Shown: positions 1-9,307 of the stretch, in pieces | How positions within the stretch are numbered: the first letter of the stretch is position 1 | Layout of the letters: each line of letters starts with the position of its first letter | IMG/VR virus record: IMGVR_UViG_3300032320_002793 | Span: 1-34,629 of that record | Origin: a virus | Taxonomy: Duplodnaviria; Caudoviricetes | Length of the DNA stretch: 34,629 nucleotides | Direction: 5' to 3' (one strand) | The notes under the pieces: model-generated | Database searches by the model: none | Seen by the model: only the letters and a program-made list of their open reading frames with translations | What the model was told of the DNA's origin: nothing | Translations under genes and position numbers: made by a program

Positions 1-639
1 CGTTCATTTTGTACTAATAATAATGCAGCTTATGTAGCAGTAGAAGAAACATATGGTGATGTTAGTTATAATGGTCATGCTAAGAAAGGTGAAGAATTTA
101 GAAATGATATGACTAACTTTGGTATATTGATGGAAATTAAAGGTATTGAAGATCCATTTAAGTGGAGTAGAGATGTTGTAGCTAAATGTAACTTTACTGA
201 AATTGGAGGTGAAGAACGTAGAATGGGAATGTATTATTCTCCATCATATGTAAATAAAGATGGAATTACATATAGTCATAGAGGTCCTTCATTAACTTCT
301 GAAGGCGAACGTGTTAAAGCAGGTATAGGTGATGGAAATGTTTTAGATAAATTTAAAGATGCATTAGGTGAATATGCGGATTACATTTTAAATTTTATCA
401 ATAATATGAATACTGTATTTGAATTTGGTGATGATTGGGGTATGTATATTCCTGAAGTAAAATATCTTAGCCCTGAACCATTAGTTAATTATCACAATTT
501 ATCATTAACAGAATATCCTAATGTGCATTTTGTAGGTGATGCTTTATCTGCTCGTGGTATCACAGTATCAGGGGCTCATGGTATTTATGTTGCTGAAAAA
601 ATGATTCAACATAGTCATCTTGTAGAATTAACTCAATAA
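1..639 (+). CDS. FAD/NAD-dependent oxidoreductase (COG2509-like), C-terminal part; 5'-truncated by the window
   Basis: Frame is open from base 1 (RSFCTNNNAAYVAVEE...YNGHAKK) into the listed 109..639 ORF. C-terminal 'PNVHFVGDALSARGITVSGAHG' resembles the second FAD-binding motif (xxGD...RGI..A). Confidence 0.7.
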   Translation, partial: RSFCTNNNAAYVAVEETYGDVSYNGHAKKGEEFRNDMTNFGILMEIKGIEDPFKWSRDVVAKCNFTEIGGEERRMGMYYSPSYVNKDGITYSHRGPSLTSEGERVKAGIGDGNVLDKFKDALGEYADYILNFINNMNTVFEFGDDWGMYIPEVKYLSPEPLVNYHNLSLTEYPNVHFVGDALSARGITVSGAHGIYVAEKMIQHSHLVELTQ

Positions 640-641
640 TA

Positions 642-673
642 TTTGGAGTAGTAAAAATAAGGTCGTACCTTTA
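642..673 (+). promoter_or_regulatory. Putative Bacteroidota-type housekeeping promoter (-33 TTTG / -7 TAnnTTTG-like)
   Basis: TTTG at 642-645, 20-nt spacer, TACCTTTA at 666-673 (one mismatch to TAnnTTTG), just upstream of ATG 686. Confidence 0.4.
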
Positions 674-685
674 AACAAAAAGGTT

Positions 686-958
686 ATGATAGAAAGACGC
701 GGACGACCAAAAGAAATAGAACAAGAACCATCACCAACCAAATATGAACGTCGTTTTGAAGATGACGATATGGTTGAAATATGGAAATATGATTTAAAGA
801 AATTTCCACGTGGACCCATTGAAGTTAATATAACTTATAAATCAGGTGCTGAAAAACGAATTAAACAACGTGCTAAAGATGCTAAACAAGAAAAGAAAAC
901 AGCACGTCAAATGAATAAAATAAATAATAAAAGTAATGTCAGTAGTAAAAAAAATTAA
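686..958 (+). CDS. Hypothetical basic protein (90 aa)
   Basis: ORF in an operon-like run; N-terminal RRGRPK (AT-hook-like) and Lys-rich C-terminus. Confidence 0.65.
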   Translation: MIERRGRPKEIEQEPSPTKYERRFEDDDMVEIWKYDLKKFPRGPIEVNITYKSGAEKRIKQRAKDAKQEKKTARQMNKINNKSNVSSKKN

Positions 959-1166
959 AACACCAGATGGAACTATTATCCATACATTAGATGGTAAGCT
1001 CCATAATTACGATGGTCCTGCAATGATACATCCAAAAGGTAGTGGTAAAAAAGATGAATATTATATTTTTGGTTTTAAAAAAACTAAAGATCAATTTTTA
1101 GAATATAAAAAAGATCAAAAAGGTTTGCCACCAGCAAAGAATCCATTATTTAAAACTCGTTTATAA
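936..1166 (+). CDS. Hypothetical protein with an 'LHxxDGPA' repeat-type motif (76 aa)
   Basis: DGKLHNYDGPAMIHPKG..EYYIFG matches the common phage/giant-virus 'G.LHR.DGPA' beta-repeat motif. Confidence 0.7.
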   Translation: MSVVKKIKTPDGTIIHTLDGKLHNYDGPAMIHPKGSGKKDEYYIFGFKKTKDQFLEYKKDQKGLPPAKNPLFKTRL

Positions 1167-1167
1167 T

Positions 1168-1686
1168 ATGAAAATAGGTTTAGCAGGAACAATGTCTGTA
1201 GGTAAAACTACATTAGCAAAAGCATTAGGTGAAATTGATCCATTTAAAGATCATAGTGTGTTTACAGAACGTAGCAAATATCTGCGTGATTTAGGTATTC
1301 CATTAAATACTGATTCTACATTAAATGGCCAGTTTGTATTTTTATCTGAACGTGCTAGTGAATTATTGCATCCAAATATTATTACAGATAGAACAATTTG
1401 GGACGTTTGTTCGTTTACTTTAGGCGCTAAATCTATTAGTGATTTTGATAAACGTACATTTGTTGAAGCTGCTATGATGCTTCGCAATCAATATGATTTA
1501 GTTATTTATGTTGATCCTCGTGGTGTTGTTATGGAAGATAACGGTGTTCGTGAAACTGATTTGCATTATAGACGTAAAATTGATGAAGTTATTCAATTAT
1601 CGTTAGCTGAGTATCCACCAACTAAATTAATTAAAGTTGAGGGTACTAATAGTGAGCGTATAGCCACTATTTTGCAGAATTTGTAA
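1168..1686 (+). CDS. P-loop NTPase/kinase of the AAA_28 (NadR/Ttd14-like) type
   Basis: N-terminal Walker A 'GLAGTMSVGKTT', 'IITDRT' motif, 'YDLVIYV', 'EDNGVR'. Confidence 0.75.
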   Translation: MKIGLAGTMSVGKTTLAKALGEIDPFKDHSVFTERSKYLRDLGIPLNTDSTLNGQFVFLSERASELLHPNIITDRTIWDVCSFTLGAKSISDFDKRTFVEAAMMLRNQYDLVIYVDPRGVVMEDNGVRETDLHYRRKIDEVIQLSLAEYPPTKLIKVEGTNSERIATILQNL

Positions 1687-1693
1687 TATTTAT
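1686..1693 (+). promoter_or_regulatory. ATATTTAT putative late promoter motif
   Basis: Exact 8-mer, 16 nt before ATG 1710; recurs in 12 intergenic positions. Confidence 0.6.
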
Positions 1694-1709
1694 CGTAAAT
1701 AACCAACTA

Positions 1710-2345
1710 ATGGCAGAATTTAACTATAGCAACTATGTTGCTACAATGGCTCAAAGAAAAGGCCCAATGCACGAAACTGATAACACATACAATAATGATA
1801 TGAATCAGTTAGATAATTCATATTTAGATCAACTTGATTTAACTACAAAAATATATGAATCTGAAACAATATATGAATTTGGTAGTGATGGTAACTGCTA
1901 TAGAATTGACGATGAAGGTAATCGCGATATAGTAAGCGACAGCTATTGCCAAAGATACGGTGGTCAAGGTGTACGTGAAGGTGATTTAGAAGAAACAGAT
2001 GTAGACGAAGCAATTGAAGATACTGATGTTGAAGTAACTGACGATGAATTTGGTTCAACTGATTTTGATAAAGAACCTTCAAAGAAAGATATTAAAGCCG
2101 CTGAAAAAGAATTTAATTTATCAATCCCAAAAGCGGATAATTCAGTTGCTGATTCAGCATTAGAAAAAGCTAAACAAATTATCAAAATCAAAGTTGGTAA
2201 AATCTTAGCTCAACCTAAAGGACAAAGATCAAAATCAACAGATTTAGTAGTATTAAGACAATTTATTCAAAGACCAGACATTAAGAAAGCTTTTAAAGCT
2301 CGTGGTTTAGATGTAATGGATTTTGTAAAAGACGTAATAGCTTAA
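1710..2345 (+). CDS. Hypothetical acidic protein, possible internal head protein (211 aa)
   Basis: Long ORF after the ATATTTAT motif; acidic middle region; several hydrophobic-x-E sites. Confidence 0.7.
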   Translation: MAEFNYSNYVATMAQRKGPMHETDNTYNNDMNQLDNSYLDQLDLTTKIYESETIYEFGSDGNCYRIDDEGNRDIVSDSYCQRYGGQGVREGDLEETDVDEAIEDTDVEVTDDEFGSTDFDKEPSKKDIKAAEKEFNLSIPKADNSVADSALEKAKQIIKIKVGKILAQPKGQRSKSTDLVVLRQFIQRPDIKKAFKARGLDVMDFVKDVIA

Positions 2346-2347
2346 TT

Positions 2348-2779
2348 ATGGCAAAAAGAGTTGATTTAGCAAGTTTAATAACTGAAGCTAGTATTAAAGA
2401 TCCATTATTACAACAAGTAATAAGATTGCAACGTACTGCTTCTAAGGTATTCAAAAATACTGCTGATAATGTTAACATTCCCCCTAGAGATAGAGCTGGC
2501 TTATTAAATGCATTTGGTGATTTAAATGACCAAATCGAAGCATTAGGTTCAGCTATTGAAATGAATGTTACTGAAAGAGCTCAAATGAAAGAAGTAGATA
2601 CTTATCATATTGATGATTCTACTTTTGAAAGAATGGATAGTTTAGTTCCTCAAAGTGCTTTACAATCACTAGTTGTTGCTATTCAATCTATTATTCGTTC
2701 TTTAAAAGAAGAAGGATTTGAGGATGATGAAATTTTTGACTACGTTTTAGCAAACGTAAAAATGTTAGATAGAAACTAA
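2348..2779 (+). CDS. Hypothetical protein, possible internal head protein (143 aa)
   Basis: ORF closely coupled to both neighbours; N-terminus MAKRVDLASLITE-A. Confidence 0.7.
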   Translation: MAKRVDLASLITEASIKDPLLQQVIRLQRTASKVFKNTADNVNIPPRDRAGLLNAFGDLNDQIEALGSAIEMNVTERAQMKEVDTYHIDDSTFERMDSLVPQSALQSLVVAIQSIIRSLKEEGFEDDEIFDYVLANVKMLDRN

Positions 2780-3453
2780 TGAAAAAATATATTTTACCCG
2801 TTGTATTAATTTTACTTTTGCTTTGGTTAGCATTTGATAAAGTATCAAATATAGGACTAACAGGTGAATTTAAAGCAAAACAAGATAGTTTAGTACACGC
2901 AGTTGACTCAATGCAATTAGTTATAGCTAAAGAAGACGCTGAAATTGATTCTTTAGATTTAGTAGCTGTTGAATTACAATACAAAGTAGATCATCAAAAA
3001 GCTAAAGTTAAAACTATTGTTGAGTATATCGAGGTAGAAAAAAATAATATTGATGGTTTTTCTAATCCTGAATTAATAAGCTCATTTAATAAACGCTACC
3101 CAGCAGACACAATCACTACCCCATTACTAGTAGCTCAACCAGTATTAGTTAGTGCTGCTAAGGATTTAGTAGAATTAGATGGTGCTAAACAAATTATAGT
3201 ATTAAAAGATAGCTCTATCAACACATTAGAAGAAAAAGTAACTATTAAAGATAGTGTTATTGCTAAGTATGTTTCTAAGGAAAATACCTATAAGAACATG
3301 GTTGCTAATCAACAAACACAAATTAAAGATTGGAAATTCCAATACAATACTCTACAATTAGAAAACGCTAAATTAAAAACTAAAAATAAATTTACTAAAA
3401 TTGGTGCTAGTTTAATAGCAGGTGGATTAGTATATTTAATGTTAGTAAAGTAA
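2779..3453 (+). CDS. Membrane-anchored coiled-coil protein (spanin-like candidate)
   Basis: N-terminal MKK + hydrophobic helix, long coiled coil, second hydrophobic segment at the C-terminus (IGASLIAGGLVYLMLVK). TAATG overlap with the upstream gene. Confidence 0.6.
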   Translation: MKKYILPVVLILLLLWLAFDKVSNIGLTGEFKAKQDSLVHAVDSMQLVIAKEDAEIDSLDLVAVELQYKVDHQKAKVKTIVEYIEVEKNNIDGFSNPELISSFNKRYPADTITTPLLVAQPVLVSAAKDLVELDGAKQIIVLKDSSINTLEEKVTIKDSVIAKYVSKENTYKNMVANQQTQIKDWKFQYNTLQLENAKLKTKNKFTKIGASLIAGGLVYLMLVK

Positions 3454-3464
3454 AAATAAATAAT

Positions 3465-3755
3465 ATGGAACGAATTAATGAAGTTAGAAGAATGCAAGAA
3501 TTAGCAGGTCTTACTAAAGAAGCCCCAACAATGCCTCCAGTACCAGGAAATAAGCCAAAAATGCCTCCAGTTCCTGGCAAATCACCATCATCAAATTTAA
3601 GTGATAGTTTAAAGGAAAAATATATACAACAAGCTTTTGATGTAGTTGGTTCTACTGCTACCTATAAGAAATATAAAGTTCTTGATGATAGTGAAATTAA
3701 AACATTAGAAACTATTTTGGATAAAGTTATGACTGGTTTCCAAAATCTTAAATAA
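3465..3755 (+). CDS. Hypothetical protein with an RMQxLAGL motif and Pro-rich repeat (96 aa)
   Basis: N-terminal INEVRRMQELAGL; MPPVPG occurs twice. Confidence 0.7.
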   Translation: MERINEVRRMQELAGLTKEAPTMPPVPGNKPKMPPVPGKSPSSNLSDSLKEKYIQQAFDVVGSTATYKKYKVLDDSEIKTLETILDKVMTGFQNLK

Positions 3756-3791
3756 TAATTGCCCCGCTATAGTCTCAGTATTATAGTTCTG

Positions 3792-3818
3792 GCCCGACCC
3801 CGTAAGGTCGGGCTTTTT
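3792..3818 (+). terminator. Rho-independent terminator
   Basis: GCCCGACC-ccgtaa-GGTCGGGC stem-loop followed by TTTTT. Confidence 0.85.
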
Positions 3819-3829
3819 AATCCTCGTGT

Positions 3830-3837
3830 ATATTTAT
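3830..3837 (+). promoter_or_regulatory. ATATTTAT putative late promoter motif
   Basis: Directly after the terminator, 16 nt before the terminase ATG. Confidence 0.65.
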
Positions 3838-3853
3838 ATATATAAAACCTGTT

Positions 3854-5446
3854 ATGGCTGAACAAAACATAAAAGACATAATCAAACAGGAGTTCGTAAA
3901 ATGTGCTCAAGATCCTGTTTACTTTATGAAAAAATATTATTGGATTCAACACCCACAAAGAGGTAGAATTCAATTTGGATTATATCCATTCCAAGAAAAG
4001 GTACTTCAAATATTCAAAAACAATTCATATTGTATAACGAATAAATCAAGACAATTAGGTATCTCCACTTTAGTATCAGCATATTCATTATGGTTGATGC
4101 TATTTAATAAAGATAAAAACGTACTTGTAATTGCTACTAAGCAGGAAACTGCTAAAAACATGGTTACTAAAGTACGTTTCGCTTATAATAACCTCCCCTC
4201 ATGGTTAAGACTAAAAGCAGTCGAAGATAATAAATTATCACTTCGATTAGCAAATGGTTCTCAAATTAAAGCAGTTTCAGCGTCTGGGGATGCTGGTCGT
4301 TCCGAAGCTGTATCTTTACTTGTAATAGATGAAGCTGCGTTCATTGATCAAATTGAAGATATATTTGCTTCTGCTCAACAAACACTAGCTACGGGTGGTG
4401 GATGTATAGCTATATCTACTCCTTATGGTACTGGTAACTGGTTTCATAAAACATGGACTAGAGCTCAATCAGCTGAAAATAAGTTTGTACCTATTAAATT
4501 ACCTTGGACAGTCCACCCTGAACGAACTCAAGAATGGCGAGATGAACAAGATTCATTATTAGGACCTAGAAACGCAGCACAGGAATGTGATTGTGACTTT
4601 ACAACTTCAGGTGATACTGTAATTGATCCTCCAACATTAAACTTTTATATAGATTCCTTTATGAAGGAACCAATGGATAAAAGAGGTATTGATGGTTCAC
4701 TTTGGATTTGGGAAATCCCAGATTACTCTAAACAATATGCTGTTATAGCCGACGTAGCTAGAGGTGATGGTAAAGACTTTTCAACATTTCATATTATTGA
4801 TGTAGAAACAGCAATACAAGTAGGTGAATTTAAACAACAACTACCGACTCGTGACTTTGGTAACTTGCTTGTTGGTATAGCTACTGAATATAATGATGCT
4901 TTACTTGTAATTGAAAATGCTAACGTAGGTTGGGCTGTAATTCAGCAAGTGATAGACAGAGGATATCGTAATCTTTATTATTCTCCAAAAATGGATATGG
5001 CAATGGGTAACGTTGAACAATACCTTACCAAATTTGAAAATTCAAGTGGTATGGTTCCTGGATTTACTACTTCTCTTCGCACAAGACCACTTGTTATCTC
5101 AAAGATGGTGTCGTATATTCACGAGAGAGCTTGTACTATACAATCTAAACGATTACTTGAGGAATTAAGAACATTTGTTTGGAAAAATGGTAAGGCACAA
5201 GCGCTTGATGGGTATAATGACGATTTGGTAATGGCTTGGGGTATCGGGATGTTTTTAAGAGATACAGCTTTATCTTTTAGACAACAAGGTCTTGATATGG
5301 CTAAAGCTTCTATTAGTGGCATTTATAAAACGGGTAATGATTTATCGCCTGTTTATTCCCCTAACAACGGGAATTTTATGCCTAACCCTTACCAAATGGA
5401 TTTACCACACGACCAATCAGAAAATATAAACTGGTTGCTAGGTTAA
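3854..5446 (+). CDS. terL: Terminase large subunit (T4 gp17-like)
   Basis: 'LYPFQ' Q-motif, Walker A variant 'KSRQLGIST', Walker B 'LLVIDEAAF', coupling motif 'ISTPYG', RNase H-like nuclease 'IADVARGDGKD' and 'YNDDLVMA'. Confidence 0.96.
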   Translation: MAEQNIKDIIKQEFVKCAQDPVYFMKKYYWIQHPQRGRIQFGLYPFQEKVLQIFKNNSYCITNKSRQLGISTLVSAYSLWLMLFNKDKNVLVIATKQETAKNMVTKVRFAYNNLPSWLRLKAVEDNKLSLRLANGSQIKAVSASGDAGRSEAVSLLVIDEAAFIDQIEDIFASAQQTLATGGGCIAISTPYGTGNWFHKTWTRAQSAENKFVPIKLPWTVHPERTQEWRDEQDSLLGPRNAAQECDCDFTTSGDTVIDPPTLNFYIDSFMKEPMDKRGIDGSLWIWEIPDYSKQYAVIADVARGDGKDFSTFHIIDVETAIQVGEFKQQLPTRDFGNLLVGIATEYNDALLVIENANVGWAVIQQVIDRGYRNLYYSPKMDMAMGNVEQYLTKFENSSGMVPGFTTSLRTRPLVISKMVSYIHERACTIQSKRLLEELRTFVWKNGKAQALDGYNDDLVMAWGIGMFLRDTALSFRQQGLDMAKASISGIYKTGNDLSPVYSPNNGNFMPNPYQMDLPHDQSENINWLLG

Positions 5447-5449
5447 TAA

Positions 5450-5457
5450 ATATTTAT
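5450..5457 (+). promoter_or_regulatory. ATATTTAT putative late promoter motif
   Basis: 17 nt before the portal ATG. Confidence 0.65.
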
Positions 5458-5474
5458 ATAATATAAACAACAAT

Positions 5475-7421
5475 ATGGCTGATACTACATTATTTGGTAG
5501 ACTTAAGAAACTCTTTTCCACAGACGTTGTGATAAGAAATGTGGGTGGTAACGAACTTAAAGTAATGGATACCGATGGCATCCAAAGACTTGGTGTTCTT
5601 CAAACCAACTCATTATACGACAAATACGCTCGTTTATACACTACATCAGGTGGGTGGAATTACAATCTATCTCAACAACTTAATTATCCTACTACAAGAA
5701 TTCAATTATATGCTGACTATGAAGCAATGGATACAGATGCTATTTGTGCATCTGCCCTTGATATTGTCGCAGATGAATGTACTTTACGCAACGAACAAGG
5801 TGAAGTATTACAAATTAGAAGTAGCGACGAAACAATTCAAAAGATTTTATATAACTTATATTATGACGTGTTAAACATTGAGTTTAACTTATGGTCTTGG
5901 ACTCGTAATATGTGTAAGTATGGTGATTTCTATCTTAAATTAGAAATTAGTGAAAAATTTGGTGTGTATGGTGTTATTCCATTCTCATCTTATAATATTT
6001 TAAGAGAAGAAGGATATGATTTACATAAACCACAATCAGTACGTTTCAAATATGATCCTACTTCACAAGCAACATCACCTTTAGGATATGTGTTATCAAC
6101 TCCTATTATCGATTCAGAGGGTAAGGGTGTTTATTTTGATAACTACGAAATGGCTCACTTTAGATTATTAAGTGACTTTAACTATTTACCTTATGGCCGT
6201 TCTTACTTATAACCAGGCCGTAAATTATATAAGCAATTAGTATTAATGGAAGATGCGATGTTAATTCATCGTATTGTTCGTGCTCCTGAAAAGAGAGTAT
6301 TCTATGTTAACGTGGGTAATATTCCACCTAACGAAGTAGAAGGTTACATGCAGAAGATGATCAACAAAATGAAGAAAACTCCAGTAGTTGATCCTCAAAC
6401 TGGCCAATATAACCTAAGATACAACATGCAGAACGTACTTGAGGATTTCTATATCCCGGTTCGTGGTGGTGATCAAACGACCAAAATTGACACTACAAAG
6501 GGTCTTGAATATGCGGCTATCGAAGACGTAACATACTTACGTGATAAACTTTTCTCCGCTTTAAAAATCCCTAAAGCGTATTTAGGCTATGAAGGTGAAT
6601 TAAGTGGTAAAGCTACATTAGCTGCTGAAGATATTCGCTTTGCTCGTACAATTGAGCGTATCCAAAAGATATTAGTTAGTGAATTGACTAAAATTGGTTT
6701 AGTTCACTTATATTCTCAAGGATATACTAACGAACAATTGACAAATTTTGAATTGTCATTAACAACCCCATCAATTATATACGATCAAGAACGTATTGAG
6801 TTATTAAAGTCTAAGATTGAATTAGCAGGCAGCATTATGGAAAATAATTTAATGCCTACTGATTGGATTTACGATAATATCTTACACTTATCTGAAGATG
6901 AAATTAGTGAAATTAGAGATTTACTTGCTGAAGATAAGAAACGTGAGTTTAGATACGAACAAATCAAAACAGAAGGTAATGACCCATTAGAATCAGGCCA
7001 AGCCTATGGTACACCACACCAATTAGCATCGCTATATGGTAAAGGTAGACAAACTACACAGACTAAAGAAGATGTACCTAAAGGATATGATGAAGATAAT
7101 GATCAATATCCAGAACAACCGGTTCCAGGAAGACCTCAAAAAGGTGTTGATCATGATGATCAAGATAGCAATTTTGGACGCGATAGATTGGGTAAAGATG
7201 ATCTTAAAGGTCCGGGTAAGGATGCTGATGGAATGGATAAATATAATGTTAAAACCCGCGCTAATACAAGTAATAACATGAAACTTGAAAACGCAGGTAC
7301 AACAGCAGTATTCTTACAAAATAAAAATATGTTTGACAGTTTAAAAAGTTCGCGAAAAATTAATTTGTTTGAGCAAAGTGGTTTATTAAACGAGGACAAC
7401 ATCCGCGAGGAAATTGAATAA
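5475..7421 (+). CDS. gp20: Portal vertex protein (T4 gp20-like), one reading frame interrupted by a single in-frame TAA at 6210-6212
   Basis: ORFs 5475..6212 and 6246..7421 are in the same frame and read YLPYGRSYL*PGRKLYKQLVLMEDAMLIHRIVRAPEKRVFYVNVGN. gp20 motifs include EDA..I.R..RAPE.RVFY, 'EDFYIPVRGG' and 'LFSALKIP'. Lies directly after terL. Confidence 0.93.
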
Positions 7422-7426
7422 TTCAA

Positions 7427-7434
7427 ATATTTAT
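7427..7434 (+). promoter_or_regulatory. ATATTTAT putative late promoter motif
   Basis: 19 nt before ATG 7454. Confidence 0.65.
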
Positions 7435-7453
7435 AATTAGTAGCATTCTACAT

Positions 7454-8308
7454 ATGAAAGTTAAACATAGTAAATTTAAAAATACCGGTATTCTTTTTGA
7501 ATTATTGGTTCGCCAAATTACGGCGGATTCAATGGCTAATCAAAACTCTAAGGCATTAAGTTTGATTAAGAAATATTTCATGAACTCTGAAATTGCCAAA
7601 GAAAATAAATTGTATCAAACTCTTGCTAATTCTGAACAATTGACTGAACAAAAAGCTAACGTGGTTATCTCAACCGCATTGGACTTATCAGGAAAAATTA
7701 ACAGAACCGAGTTAAATAAAGAGAAATTTAATTTAATTAAAGAAATCAAAAACAATTATGATATTGATGATTTTTTTAAAGCCAAGATTAATAACTACAA
7801 GACATTAGCCTCAATATACGTGTTATTTGAATCATATTCAGATAAACAATTCAAGAATCCCGAGACAATTATATCAAGCAAGATTAATATATTAGAACAC
7901 CTGACACGAAGTGCAGTAGCTGCTAATCTATCACCACTTGTTGAAGAATTTTTACAACAAGATAGAGGAACACGCTTCCTTGTTCAGAAGGTAATGCTTG
8001 AAAATTTCAATAAAAAGTTTGCTAATTTAACTGACGAACAAAAAGAAGTATTAAAAGAATACATTCAAAGTGTATCTGATTCTACTAACTTAAAGAAATT
8101 TTTAAATGAAAAATTCCAAAAAGTTAAATTAGATTTACTAGGAATGTTAAAAACAATAGACGAACCTGTAACTAAAATTAAGGTTCAAGAAGTTATAACA
8201 CTAATCAACCCAATCTTGGAATCAAAGAAAATTAAAGACGAACAAATTTCAGCTTTACTTCAATACCAAGAATTAGTTAACGAACTCAAGAAAGTCAATA
8301 ATGGCTAA
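7454..8308 (+). CDS. Hypothetical helical protein of the head module (284 aa)
   Basis: Long ORF between portal and protease (MKVKHSKFKNTGILFELLVRQIT...); function not recognisable from sequence. Confidence 0.8.
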   Translation: MKVKHSKFKNTGILFELLVRQITADSMANQNSKALSLIKKYFMNSEIAKENKLYQTLANSEQLTEQKANVVISTALDLSGKINRTELNKEKFNLIKEIKNNYDIDDFFKAKINNYKTLASIYVLFESYSDKQFKNPETIISSKINILEHLTRSAVAANLSPLVEEFLQQDRGTRFLVQKVMLENFNKKFANLTDEQKEVLKEYIQSVSDSTNLKKFLNEKFQKVKLDLLGMLKTIDEPVTKIKVQEVITLINPILESKKIKDEQISALLQYQELVNELKKVNNG

Positions 8309-9179
8309 AATTAGATTAGTAAAGAAAAAAACTAATGAGATGTCCGGAACTGGTGGTTCCGCATCTGCTACTCCGGGTATCGGAGCTCAATATGCTGCAC
8401 CAAAAGCATTCCCTAGGGTTGCTTCTGATTATAACAAAACATTCGGAACACATTTTGCTCCATCTATTCCTAATCGCCCTTCAAAAGCGATTACTTATAA
8501 GGAATTATGGGAAGCAGGTGAATATGATTCTCTAGCTGGTATTTTAAAACAATTAGGTGCCGAAGAAGATTCTATTAAAGTGCTTTTAAAAGCAGTTGAA
8601 ATGGGAGCTTTAAAACCTTCTGATGCTATTATAATCACAAAGAGAGCATTAGGTATGAAAGAAGGATATGGTGAGTTTGATATGGAAGATGATGGACCCG
8701 ATTACAATAGTATATCTGACTTAGAAGATGAATTACGTAGACTTGTACGTTGGTCTAACCAATACGGAAGTAAAGGCGCGGATGCTCAAATTGATCAACT
8801 AAGAAAAAGAATAGAATATCTAAAATCACAAGTTACAAACGAAGAAACAAGTGACGATGCTGATTTTGATAGTGCTACAACCGGTGCAAGTGGGTTACAA
8901 ACAATGAATCCACTACCAATAAAAGAAGGTCGTTATAGCGAATTTAAAAGAACAACTCAAGTAAGAACTCCAAGTGAGCAAATGCACAGAGCGGTTAGAG
9001 AAATTCGTAGAAAAATAGATGAAATCAACAAATTAGTTGATTACACAGAAAAAATGAAATCTGAAATGAAATCAGATGTTAATGAAGTTCGTTATTTGAA
9101 TAGAACTAAAGAAGCATTATCAAAAATTTCAGCTAAGGTACAAGAAACAAACAATAAAATTAAACGTTTAGTTCAATAA
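8301..9179 (+). CDS. Putative minor head/core protein carrying a capsid N-arm-like peptide (292 aa)
   Basis: N-terminal segment TPGIGAQYAA closely matches TPGTGAQYAA in the major capsid protein; C-terminal coiled coil. Confidence 0.75.
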   Translation: MAKIRLVKKKTNEMSGTGGSASATPGIGAQYAAPKAFPRVASDYNKTFGTHFAPSIPNRPSKAITYKELWEAGEYDSLAGILKQLGAEEDSIKVLLKAVEMGALKPSDAIIITKRALGMKEGYGEFDMEDDGPDYNSISDLEDELRRLVRWSNQYGSKGADAQIDQLRKRIEYLKSQVTNEETSDDADFDSATTGASGLQTMNPLPIKEGRYSEFKRTTQVRTPSEQMHRAVREIRRKIDEINKLVDYTEKMKSEMKSDVNEVRYLNRTKEALSKISAKVQETNNKIKRLVQ

Positions 9180-9307
9180 TGGCAAAGGTAAAAGCAGCAG
9201 GTAGCAGCCAAAAATTAACATTTGGCAAACGCAAAACAGGTAGCGCACAAAAATCGTATAACAAACACACTCCTCGCCCTAAGACATATCGTGGGCAAGG
9301 TCGCTAA
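9179..9307 (+). CDS. Small basic protein (42 aa) ending in YRGQGR; not in the supplied ORF track
   Basis: Translated by hand as MAKVKAAGSSQKLTFGKRKTGSAQKSYNKHTPRPKTYRGQGR. TAATG overlap with the upstream stop; fills the gap exactly. Confidence 0.8.
   Translation: MAKVKAAGSSQKLTFGKRKTGSAQKSYNKHTPRPKTYRGQGR

Noticed and set aside
3756-3853. tRNA or small terminase gene upstream of terL
   Set aside because: No cloverleaf or T-loop motif is present, and none of the upstream ORFs shows recognisable TerS features.
6213-6245. Intron, intein or frameshift splitting the portal
   Set aside because: Both halves are in the same frame, the 33 nt encode expected portal residues, and there is no room or structure for an intervening element.
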